Assembly: GCA_002104905.1 (NCBI GenBank)
Contig: MCFE01000421.1
Coordinates: 1 to 64,000, forward strand
Length of the DNA: 64,000 nucleotides
Reading direction: 5' to 3'
Origin: Basidiobolus meristosporus CBS 931.73
Taxonomy: Eukaryota; Fungi; Basidiobolomycota
Shown piece by piece: positions 51,107 to 62,900 of the stretch. Both the position numbers and the translations under genes were made by a program. The notes under the pieces are model-generated. The model was not told the DNA's origin and did no database searches. It saw nothing but the letters and a program-made list of their open reading frames with translations. Each line of letters starts with the position of its first letter. Position 1 is the first letter of the stretch.

Positions 51107-53958
51107 ATGATCGCTAATATCGAAAGTAAGCCTACGCTGAGACCACCGTTAAATTTCTCCAAGGTAGTTACCAGTGAATCCACCACAACAATGGTTGACC
51201 CAGAGAGCCTCTACTAATGCTCCTTTTCATTTCTGACCATGTTTTACTTCTTGGATGCGTTTGCTAGCCAATTGGCGGCCGCTTTTTGAAACCTCGGCAA
51301 AGTGGTGAGGATACACCTTCTAGTGCCAGTTCTGGCGCGAAGAGAGAGGAGGGGGATCCCGCGACATCGCAAGAGAATATCGTTGGTAGGTTTAGTGGCA
51401 ATACGACCTTGTCCCGTTCTCTGCGCAACAAGTCCGGTCTTCCTCCTCCTTCAACCAGCTTTAAAGGTTACACCAAATCGGCTGAATCATTGGACGTTGC
51501 ACTTGCAGTAGATAACCCACTACTGATAGGTTCTACAGAAACCGGTAAAGAGGAGACGACACATAGGGGCAGACCTGATGATCCTTTCTCCGGTGGTTTC
51601 AATGGGCTCAGCGATGCCAGGTCAATCCCACAAAGTGGAAAAAAGGATTTAACTCAGAGGTTTGCTGCCCCTCCTCGTGGCAAGATTAACACGGCTCCTT
51701 CAAAAACCGCCCTGGCTATAGATAAAATGAAGCAAGAGAGAGAAGAACGCAAAAAACGCTTTGCAGAAGCCAAGGTTCATAAACAACAGCAGCAGGGTGA
51801 GGCTTTCGAGATAGCCAGATACGTGGAGATGATCAATGAAACGCGATTGGAGTTGGACACCAAGGTGTTAGGAACCAAGCGTAAATCAACCGGGAATTAC
51901 GGCTCTGCCGACACCGGTAGAGATGTATCCATCCAAGTATGTGTCAGAAAAAGGCCCCTGAGTGGCAAAGGTAAGCTGTGGCTAAATCTCCAATGGTGCC
52001 GTGAAACCCATACCAAAGCTTTTCGTTAGAAATCGAGATGAATGCATTCGACATTGCAACCTCCGTGTCAAGCAAGCACCGTAGCACATTGAGTAGAATG
52101 TACATTCATGAGCCAAAATGCCGGTTGGATCTTACGAAGAGCCTGGAGACTCATTGGTTCGACTTTGATGAGGTTTTCGATGAGGACAGCTCCAATGTGC
52201 AGATCTATCGAGCGGTAGGGAAGCCCTTGGTCGAAAAGCTCTTTGAAGGAGGAAACTCCACCTTGTTTGCTTATGGCCAAACGGGGAGTGTAAGTTCGTG
52301 TATATGGATAGGTCCCACCTATCTGATCGTTAGAATTCATATTAAGATCCATGATATAACATACATCTCCTATATTCTAGGGGAAAACGCACACAATTTT
52401 CGGCTCCCCTGATGGACACAACGTAGGGGTGTATGAGTATGTATGCAGAGATCTATTTCGTATGAAAGATAATTATCGCGGGGGAGCATTGTCGATAGCC
52501 ATGTGTTTCTTTGAGATTTATGGAGGCAAGGTATATGACCTGTTCAACGACAAAGCCTCGGTGACCATCTTGGAGGATGGATCCGGAAAAATCCAAGTGA
52601 CCGGCCTTAAAGAGGTGTCGGTAGCTTCCTTGGACGAGATGCTGAAATTTATAGAGCGTGGGAATCTGTCACGTACCACTGCATCCACCGAAGCCAATGC
52701 CACATCTTCCCGATCACATGCAATTTTTCAAATCGTTCTGTATAAGCCTGGCAACTCCGCGGTTGGTAAATTTTCGCTGATAGACCTGGCTGGGTCCGAA
52801 AAAGCCTCCGAAAGTGGGGCCACCTCGAAACAGGCCCAATTTGAAGGAGCAGAGATCAATAAGAGCCTGTTGGCACTAAAAGAGTGCATACGTGCTCTCA
52901 GCATCAACGGTGATTCTAAGAACGGTTACATCCCATTTAGGGCTAGTAAGCTAACCCAGGTGCTGAGGGATGCATTGGCCGGGCCTTGCTCGAACACGGT
53001 TGTTATGGCCAATATCTCCCCCAGCTCACTAAGCTGTGAGCACACACTAAACACCTTACGATATGCAGGGCGAGTAAAAGACTTGAAGAGTGGGTCCTTA
53101 ACAGGCGCTTCGACCAAAAAACCCCCACATGTCACCAACTCCTATCTGAGTCCCGAAACATCATCCTCATTCGACGATGACCATGAAAACGATACCGACG
53201 AAATTACAGATTCCGAGGATTTCCCAAGTACGAAAGGTGACCTATGGGCCCCAAACCCAGATAAATCTGTCAATATTCCTCCTACTTTCGAGGCTTTTCG
53301 TAGTAGGGTGCTTAATTCTGAGGACTCGATTGCTCAAAATGCCGAGCTATCCTTCCTCGGAATGCCAGTACCAGCGCCCTTGATACGAGGAACATACATC
53401 TCACAGGAGCAGATAAGGGAGACGAATATGGAAAAAGGCAACAAACTAATTCAAGAAAATCTTAGAGGGCTGAACATTGAGAACGTGGCGATGCTCGCCC
53501 AGCCAAGCAGAATTCCGCGTAATGTAATCAACACCAGTAACAACAGCATTTCATCTATCATTTCAAATCCTCGTCGGCAACTTCATAAGCCGATTAACTC
53601 CATCGATACAAATCCATTAACACCTCCGCCACCATTCGACCCGCCCAAACTTAGTGGTACTACTGATTCTATCAAAACTCCAGGTGGAAACTCAGAACTG
53701 CAGGAATCTCTAGATAGATTATTAAGACAGCAAGCATACGCGCTTGAAAATGTTGATAGATTAAGTGACGAAGAGAAGAAGATGCTTTTGGAAGTCAGTC
53801 GATTGGAGACAGCAGAGGCGGTTGAATATCCAGGGAAGTTGGAAGAGATTTTAACCGAAAAGATCGCCGTGTTAGCTGCACTCAAAGAACTGGTTCTAGA
53901 GTTCAAACAGAAATCTAGGCAGGTTGTTGCTTGGGAAAAATTGAAGACGGTGAACTAG
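51107..53958 (+). CDS. Kinesin-13 (KIF2/MCAK-like, internal motor domain)
   Basis: VCVRKRPL, CRLDLTK (KVDLTK-like loop), AYGQTGS/GKTHT, SSRSHA, LIDLAGSE, AEINKSLLALKECIRAL and TLNTLRYA. The start exon (51107-51162) is inferred and uncertain. Confidence 0.92.
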
Positions 53959-54523
53959 AGTATGGTGTGGCGGAATATTCCTAACACCACATCTATAAAG
54001 GTTAAATTTCTTCAATTTTGTTCGAAGCAAGCCTTCATCTCTCATTTTTGAATAAACCTAATTCCAAATATGAACACAAATTTAACACCGTTATAGTCAG
54101 CAATGTTATGAATTTAACCCGGATAACGTGGTAACGAACACCAACATATATGGTTGCCAAGAGTGCTCTGTTCAGTTGAAACATTGGCTGTATATGGAGT
54201 TGATCTATTCATGCAGACAAATGACCTATCTCTACATGGGTTCATTGACGGTCACCGTTGGCGTTGAGTTTGCCTACTCAGGCCAGCCTTTTCTATGCAA
54301 TAACGATATCGCAAGGCATTCAGATGCTTAAGGAATTTCTCGCTTTAATGCTTCAGGCTAAGTGATCAAAACCGAGGTCATAGGATGTGGCAAAGCCGAG
54401 ATGTCAGGTATTTATTGATAATTTTATGATTGGGACAGAATCGTAGATATATTGAATAAGTGGCGCTTCAGATTGGGTCTGATTGACGATGAGGAGCCTC
54501 ACGCATTTGGGGTATTATCAAAT

Positions 54524-55047
54524 TTATAGGTACATCAGGAAAGCACCAATCGCAACGATCAATCCTGACGAAGGTTCAACTACTGCTCCGGAATTCACCT
54601 TGCTTGTGCTTCTTGAGCTTACGCCCGAGTTGACTGAGCTAGGACGTATGCTATAAGTAAAATTGTGGATTAAGATAAGCTTCAGATGGGATCGAGTATA
54701 TTGGGATCAGCGTACCTGCTCTGCGCTCCAGATACTGGTGCGGAAGGTACCGCAGTGTTGGATTCAGTGCTGAATCCAGTAGGAGTGGAGCGGATGGCAG
54801 AGCTACCGGATGAACTACTTGGCGATAAACTACTTGCGGAGGCACCCGGCGAAGAGGTCAGCAGGAATGAAGGGGTCGGGATAACGAGAGAACTTGAGCT
54901 TGCGGATGGGATTGCGTTTGTTGGAACGCTTTGGCTGGCGGACGGTAAAGCGGGTGTGCTGGACCCTGCGCCTATAGCTCCTTCATTACTGACTTGAGCC
55001 ATCACGACAGTGCTTAGGATAAGTGCGAAGAATTGCTGGATGAGCAT
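54524..55047 (-). CDS. Secreted Ser/Pro/Thr-rich protein with predicted GPI-anchor signal, 2 exons, 152 aa
   Basis: Signal peptide MLIQQFFALILSTVVMA. A 65-nt intron (54715-54651) leads in phase to ..KVNSGAVVEPSSGLIVAIGAFLMYL-stop, an omega-site-like NSG plus hydrophobic tail. Confidence 0.82.
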
Positions 55048-57517
55048 GGTTGTTTGTTAATACTAAATCGATGGCTCAGAAGATGGACTTACTTGAAGAT
55101 CTGGCGACAAACATTTATAATTCACAGGTTGGGGACAGCGCTTTAGATCTCTTACAGATACTTCCCCTGGAACGTGTCTTCACCTCCTATCATCGCTACA
55201 CCCTGCAAATCATCCCTTTCTCCTAATCAAGGGTCGAACGATCTACTTTGAGCTTTTGATGTAGACCCTTCACTCTAGCATTACCTATCGTTCGCCAGGG
55301 AAGTTATAGCATTCACCAATCGCATGTATTACCAACATCCTATGAATGGATCTCCATATATTACGTCAAATAAGCGCTATAGGTGCAGAGCCACCGTTGC
55401 TTACCTCGATCTACAGTCGTCTTGGTAGCTCTATTGCGAGCAGGTGTGCCATTAGCTCTTGCTTACGGACATGGTATGTCCCAACATGCATATTCTATTA
55501 GAAATGCAACCGCGACGCGAGTTAGGCCGCCCTGCGACTCCTGGCGCATCGCTTACACTTGCTAGATTGCTTTACTGTTGTAGCATCCTATTTCTAAAAT
55601 ACAAGAATTACGTATCAGAGCTTTCTATGCAACTAGGATACATATAGCCCAGGGGATCGACAATCAAGAAATCATGCTTAATGTTTGAGCCGGAATATAT
55701 AAGGCCGTAAGATATTTGCAATCGCGGAGTTATGGTTGATTCCGGGATAATTTAGGGCACTGAAGCCTCAACATAGGGACATATTGGCACGTCAGTAAAA
55801 TTATTATGTTGATCTACCCACGCCCCATACGAGTGTAGCCAATTTAGCGCAAACGAAAAACTACTGCCAGGGATAGGAGCGAGGAATCCTCGTCCAAATG
55901 AAAGAAATGCCTGCGGTCTGACAAATAGCTGGAGCCTACATTATCACTACAAGCCCAATCAAATTCATGGATTCCGTAAGGAGATAAATCCGGTAGTCGG
56001 TAGTAGTAATACTACGATTGGAATCACATATTCGCCGAAGGGAGCCAGCAATCACCGATCCGCTTCGCTTGTAGGAATTCTCTTCATGCACGTAGGCTCA
56101 GTGCTAACTACTTTGGGGGCCCTACATCTACCCAGAAGGCTGAGTCATAAGTGCAAACTCAGCAGTTTGGGTAGATATCACATGCCCAGCACATACAATC
56201 GTTATTCCGGAGCATATATTGTATTACAATGGTTAAGGCCATCCTTGCGATCTATTTAGGAAAAAAAACCAAATATTCCAAAATAGAAATCGTCATTACC
56301 CGGCAATCAGATAGCTCGACCAAAAAGTCAATATCTGTACTCACCAAACCACTTGAATTTTCAATTGACTGAGCTGATCTATGCAATTTGTAGAGACATC
56401 ACGAATTCACCCGTATGACTCTAGAGCAAGAGTCAAAACTCTATCGAAACTTAATTTCCATTTCAGGGGATTAAACTGGGTAACATTGATATCGGACTAA
56501 TTTGGTTTTGGTTAGCCTAAATGTTGCTTTCCAATGATGCAGCCATCTAAACACTGGGTTTATTGGTCGAAACTCCAGTAGCTAGTGTATCGTACACGGG
56601 TGATTATTTTCTCTCCAGAATCTCGTTGGTTACCCTCTTCTCGGAGACACCATCTGTTTATTTTCCTAAAGTTTTTTTTCAATAACAATTGTTGCCCAGA
56701 GCCTAGCTCAGTGCCATTTGCAGCACCAGAATCACAATTCTGGTTGTCTCCGCCATATACGTGGAAGCCACCCGTAAATTACAATACCAATAGGATGGAC
56801 ACTGCTCACAGGTCCGCGATTTCGAGATCTCCGATACTTCCAGGGCTGCATTCAGGCTCGTTGAAATAACATGCATCCCAGCCTCTTCCCCGAATTTCTT
56901 TCCATGATGATCCAGGTGGATTGGACTCCACATTGAATCCAAGAGCTGCTGCACACGAGCCCGCTGCCTTGCACGATTTTACATGGACATAACAGATATC
57001 GATCAGATGACTTCCTGTAGGCCAACAGTGCGTATGCGTGTAGGTCCTTGGTCGATCGAGGCTATTTGAAAACAAAGACCTTGGTTCTGGTCAATATTTT
57101 CCCGAAACTTGGGGCGAAGTGGTCGTGTTTGGGATCAAACAAATAGATAGCAGCTCCAAACACATTGAAGCATATTCTATTTTCAAGTCGATCTCTATAC
57201 CAAATTTAGACATCGGTCGGTTTAGCGCGCAAAAAGGTCAAGGTCAGTCTAACGTATTGGCCACAACCAAGTGCTGAGCCGAGAATCTAGAAATATTGTT
57301 CGATCCCAGCCAATTAATGCTCGAACTAGCCCACCACTTTCGGTGTTTGCTTTTGTTAGATATGTGAGCGGTTCGGTAGATTCAGTATATATAACCAAGT
57401 GGGCGACCCATATGTCCCCAGGCTGTCAACTGCCAGCTTATATAGCTGCTCCTAGTATTCAGACTAAAAGTTTTCTGTCCAAGAATCCATTTTTATACCT
57501 GCCACACGCCTCCAACC

Positions 57518-58813
57518 ATGACTGAAGAGAATCCATCCTCTTTCGCCGAAAAGGAAATACACCAATTCGAATACGAAGAAGTTACGACACATGAAAGAAC
57601 AGGCTCATCCCTAGGAGCCTATTACAACATCGTGTCCATCATTGCGGGTACTGGTACACTTCAGCTACCATTCGCTCTGAGACAAGCTGGTTGGGCTGGC
57701 ATCATCATTATCTTGATTGCTACCCTAATGGCCATTTACACCGGCAGTCTACTTATCAAATGCTTGTACTATGATGGCATCAGCAGACTCCCAGATTTCC
57801 CGGCCATAGGCCAAGCTGCTTTCGGCAGGCCTGGTAAATATTTCATTCGTATCTTTCATTACTCCATTCTTCTGGGCTGTACCTGCGTCTATATTATGCT
57901 AATCGGATACAATATCAATCTGTTGTTGGAGATGGTTGATGTAACCATTGGATTGAAGGCTTGGATCGCAATTGCTGGCTGTATCGTATTAATCCCCTAC
58001 TTGTTCCTCAAGACAGTCAAGGAGGTTGCCTGGTTAAGTGCCATGGGTGTCTTGACTACTAGCCTGGTAATCATTATAAGCGTAGCTGTCGGACTGATTC
58101 AGCTGAAGTCACACCATCTCCACTACGACCATAACATTGTGAATTGGTCGCAATTGCCAATTTCTCTGGGCTCTATTTGCTTCTCGTTTGGAGGCAATGT
58201 TATTTATCCTCACGTAGAGGCCGGAATGAAGAACCCAAATGCGTGGAACAAAGTCCTGACATGCGCTATTTTAACCGTTTGCAGCATGTATTTGTTGATT
58301 AGTATCCCATGCTACTACGTATTCGGTGTTATCACCGAAAGTCCGATCTACAACAATCTAGAAGCTGGAGGTGCCAAAGTCGCAGCCATCCTGCTGATCA
58401 CTATACACATTGTGATGGCCTCCCCGCTCTACCTTACCAGCTTTGCTAACGAAATGGAAGAAATGCTAAAGATCGATAGGAAGCATCATAGCAAGGCCCG
58501 AGAGTTTGTGCTCAGGTGTCTTCTCCGTGCGTTCATCCTGACCTGTCTTACGCTGGTGGCCATGTTTGTCCCCGTTATAAGTGATTTCATGTCACTTATC
58601 GGATCCTTGTCCTATTCCATTATTTTGTTCATGGCACCAGTCGTGCTATATATCAAACTTTATGGTTTCAAGAAGCTTGCCAAGTGGGAGATGCTCGTCT
58701 GTCCCCTAATTATTCTAATTTCCCTTACCGCATGTATCCTAGGAACAAAAGATGCGGTGATTCAGTTAAAGGCTAGTCTGAGAGCGTTACACGATACCCA
58801 TACAACCCACTAA
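57518..58813 (+). CDS. Amino-acid transporter, AAAP/Aa_trans family (Avt1-like), intronless
   Basis: AYYNIVSIIAGTGTLQLPFALRQAGW and FSFGGNVIYPHVEAGMKNP motifs; about 11 hydrophobic segments. Confidence 0.92.
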   Translation: MTEENPSSFAEKEIHQFEYEEVTTHERTGSSLGAYYNIVSIIAGTGTLQLPFALRQAGWAGIIIILIATLMAIYTGSLLIKCLYYDGISRLPDFPAIGQAAFGRPGKYFIRIFHYSILLGCTCVYIMLIGYNINLLLEMVDVTIGLKAWIAIAGCIVLIPYLFLKTVKEVAWLSAMGVLTTSLVIIISVAVGLIQLKSHHLHYDHNIVNWSQLPISLGSICFSFGGNVIYPHVEAGMKNPNAWNKVLTCAILTVCSMYLLISIPCYYVFGVITESPIYNNLEAGGAKVAAILLITIHIVMASPLYLTSFANEMEEMLKIDRKHHSKAREFVLRCLLRAFILTCLTLVAMFVPVISDFMSLIGSLSYSIILFMAPVVLYIKLYGFKKLAKWEMLVCPLIILISLTACILGTKDAVIQLKASLRALHDTHTTH

Positions 58814-59454
58814 GGGTTCGCATCGATACTGCTCTCGGCCTCATTCTGTACGGGACTTGGTTTATATACTCATTTTAGCCGCCCCAGGTGTATGTTTAGT
58901 TCGAGTTTGCCAAATATTTGTATATAGTAATAGGTTGTACGCAATAAATCATATTTTCGGTAGCTTTTTGTTCGGCTTTTGCCACCTACACATGGTGAAT
59001 ACATACTATTCGCGAATCACATGATCGCGAACTCTGGGGTCTACCAGTTGGCTTTGTATTAGAGGGAAAACTTGAAGCTAAGTCCTGACTATGCTTAATT
59101 CTTTATATTTAGTAGGTGAATATTACGCTGCAAACAAAGATACTTCGACAGGTGGAGTTTCACTCAGCGAGGAGTATGCAACTGCAATTTAGGCGGATTT
59201 ACATCGATGAGGATCATTTCAAGTAACCGCTGATCAATGGAAACAGGGTCTAGCTCATTAATTTGACTAGGCATCAGTCATATATTGCTGAATTCCCTTG
59301 GTTGTAAGGCACAAATTTAGCAGGGGGGAAAGTCACCAGCTTTGTGAAATCTTAATTTTTACCAAGTCGTGACATATAAACTCAAGTCAAAATAAAGAAG
59401 CCAACCAAGACTTGTTCAATCTCTTGAATGAATAATCTAAATTAAACTTTGTTT

Positions 59455-59641
59455 TTTTGTAAGTGTTTTGGAGATTTCTGAAGTGATTGGGAGGACAAGT
59501 AGATTATGGGGGTTTCACTCAATAATTTATTGAACTTAAAAGTAGTATTTATACTTTTGCATGATCTTAGCAATACACACATGTAGAATAAACTCAAGAA
59601 GGTCCCAAGAATATGTGTGCAAAGCTTGTGACTGTTTAGGC
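59455..59641 (-). repeat. Old copia LTR relic, the target of the adjacent young insertion
   Basis: Matches the reverse-complement LTR (ggagattt..gaagtgattgggagg..tatacttttg..ggtcccaagaa..tgtgtgcaaagc) and stops abruptly at 59641. Confidence 0.88.
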
Positions 59642-59892
59642 TGTTGTAAAAATTCGTATTTTCCACCTAAATATTCACCTAACTTAGTCACTTAGATCAT
59701 CACCTTCAAATCCTAGAGAATACTGACCAAATTCCTTGTCGGGATTTACTTAGAATATTTTCACCAAAATACCAGGTACCCAGAACATGAAAATTCTCAA
59801 AGTTGTCCAAACAGCCCCAAACTTTGCACACATGTTCTTGGGACCTTCCTTAACCTATTCTACGTGTTTGTAGTGCCAAGACCATGTAAAAG

Positions 59893-59920
59893 TATAAATA
59901 CTACTTTTACATTCAATAAA
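59893..59920 (+). promoter_or_regulatory. LTR TATA box (59893-59898) and AATAAA (59915-59920)
   Basis: agtataaatactacttttacattcaataaa is conserved in the young LTR copies. Function is inferred from typical LTR organisation. Confidence 0.6.
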
Positions 59921-59995
59921 TCATTAAGTGAAAACCACATAATCTACTTGTTCTCCCAATCACTTCCAATATCTCCAAGACTCTTACAACAGGTT

Positions 59996-62900
59996 ATGAG
60001 CCCCGAGCTGTCACTCTCTGCAATGTCTACTACTGCTATTACTGGAATTTTTCCCTCTGCTGAAAAGTTGGATGGATCTAACTACCAAGTGTGGAAGGTG
60101 AAGATGAAGATGCTGCTGCAAGAAAGAGGCCTTTGGGATATTGTCATGGGAGAAGAATGCCCTCCTAAAAACGTGGGAGAGGAAGCCTTAAAGTACCAGA
60201 AGAAAGAACAAAGTGCCTTTAACTGCATTTGCCTTAATGTCAAGGACAAATTGCTAATTCAATGCTCAAGAGCAAAAATGGCAAAAAATGCCTGGAAAGC
60301 ATTAGAAGACACCTACCAGTCATGTTCAGCTGCCAAGAAAATGTATCTGAGAAGAAAATTCTTTACTACAAAGATGCTGCCAGGAGAAGAAATGAAAAAT
60401 CTAATTAACAGAATTACCCTGCTGGTAGATGAGATGGAATCTGTGGGCGTACCAACTACTGATGAGGATGTGATAGTTACCATCCTGAATAGCCTGACAG
60501 ACGAGTTTCAGGGCCTTGTATCAGCCCTAGAGTCCAGAACTGAAGATTTGACCTTAAATTACGTATATGGAAGGCTCCTGGATGAAGAATTAAGAAAATC
60601 AAGCGCCAATAAGAAGGAAGAAGAAAATGCTTTAATAAGCAATGATAACCAACAAAGGAGGTACCCAAGACCCTACAAAGGCAACAGCAACCTATTTTGC
60701 AACTACTGCAAAAGGAAAGGACACACATCAGACCGGTGTTTCAAAAAGAGAGATTATCAGCAAAAGAAGCCTGAATATGGAAATGCTGTAACAACTGAAG
60801 ATAGACTATTCATATCTGCACTAAATATGACCACAAACAAGGATTCTCAGACGTGGTATATTGACTCTGGAGCTTCTCAACACTTTACACACCAAAAAGA
60901 ACTTTTTACCCAATATCAAGAAATTCCAATTAAGAAGGTTTTCATGGGTGACGATAGAACACTTGATGCAGTGGGAGAAGGAACTATCCAAGTAAACCTT
61001 AGAAGCAGTGAAGGAAGCCATACACTGACCTTTAAAGAAGTACTCTATGTACCAGAAATAGCCAAGAACCTACTCTCTGTAAGCAAGGCCACAGCAGAAG
61101 GACTCAGTTTCAGTTTTGACAATTCTGGATGCAGGATCACTGATCAAAATGGTGCCCATATTGCTTCGGGCATCAGAGATCAGAACCTATACAAGTTGAC
61201 TTATATTCCATCATATCTGGAAGCCAATATAAGTAACTTAAATGAAGAAACACCAATGCTTTGGCACAGGAGATTTGGACACATCAATTTTGATTATTTG
61301 CGTAAAATGATCAAAGATCAGCTAATTTCTGGAGTGAAAATTGATCCCCCAGCTAATTTGGAGCACTGTGAAGCCTGCATATATGGGAAACAAGCCAGAC
61401 AACCGTTCAAGAGCTCTGGGTTAATCAAAACTAAGAAAAAATTAGATCTAATTCACTCAGATCTGTGTGGACCTATGCAAAATTTATCCTTAGGCGGGAT
61501 GAAGTATTTAATCACTTTTATTGATGATTATACAAGATACACATGGGTCTACTTCATGGAGAGAAAGGAAGAAGCTCTGTCTAAGCTCAGGGAGTTTAAA
61601 GCCATGGTGGAGAGAGAAACTGGTGAAAAAATCAAGAAAATACGCTCTGACAATGGTGGAGAATATACCTCAAAACTCTTCATCCATTTCTGCAAAATTC
61701 ATGGGATAAAGCAAGAGACTACTGTACCATACTCCCCACAGCAAAATGGAGTAGCAGAACGAGCTAACAGATCAATAATTGATATGGCAAGATCTATGAT
61801 CCATGATCAAAAATTATCCTATGATTTTTGGGCGGAATCAGTTGCCACTGCTGTATATCTTAAAAATAGGAGTTATAACAGAATACTTCGTGATTCTACT
61901 CCATTTGAAGCATGGTATGGATACAGACCAAGTGCAGAACATCTAAGAATATTTGGGTGTACAGCATATGCCAAAAAACTGGCCGGAAATCAGTCAAAAT
62001 TTGAGCCAAAAAGTGTAAAATGCATATTTTTGGGCTACTGCAATGAGAGTAAGGCATACAGACTCTACAATACCGAAGCAAAGAAGCTGATCAAGTCCAG
62101 GGATGTGTTGTTTGATGAAAATTCAAAATTTTCACAAAAAATGACATCAGATGATGACAAAAATTTGATCTCAAGTCCACCAATTGTCAGGATTGAATCA
62201 GAGCAAAACAATGAAAATTTTTTCACTCCAGAGGACTCTACAACCGTGGTTCAGCCAGAATCAGTGCCCAGGAATATCCCAGAAGTGATCATTCCAGTAT
62301 CAAATGCCCGGAGATCCAATCGGACAAGAAATAGCCCAAATTACTATATCAATGAGGGTACAAACTTAGCCTATGCCTATTCAGTCCATGTTGATGAACC
62401 CCAGACTGTAAAAGAGGCCCTAAATAGCCCTCAGACGAAGTTTTGGAGATCTGCAATGACTGAGGAATATCAGGCCCTGATGGAAAATCAAACTTGGGAC
62501 TTAGTCAAATTACCAATCAACCGAAAATCAATTGGATGCAGATGGGTCTTTAAGACAAAATACAAGGCTGATGGTACAATTGAAAGATACAAAGCAAGAC
62601 TTGTAGCCAAAGGTTACTCTCAAACAAAAGGACTTGACTATACTGAGACCTTTGCACCGGTAGCCAAGTTTAATTCCATCAGATTAATATTGGCTATTGC
62701 AGCCAAATATAAGTTTTTTATTCATCAAATGGATGTAAAAACTGCATTTTTGAATGGAGAACTTGATGAGGACGTGTATATGGACCAGCCTGATGGGTTT
62801 GTTGACCAAGATAACCCCCATTTGGTCTGCAAGCTTAAAAAGTCACTATATGGTCTCAAACAATCACCGAGAGCCTGGAATTGCAAGATAGATTCTTATT

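Noticed and set aside
56585-57075. Short overlapping ORFs including a Nudix-like FGEEAG
   Set aside because: The rest of the Nudix box is missing and I found no coherent spliced model.
59864-59995. Apparent 44-aa N-terminal extension of gag-pol starting at a GTG inside the LTR
   Set aside because: It starts upstream of the putative TATA box, and the frame has a TGA in the 15384 LTR. ATG 59996 is the more plausible start.
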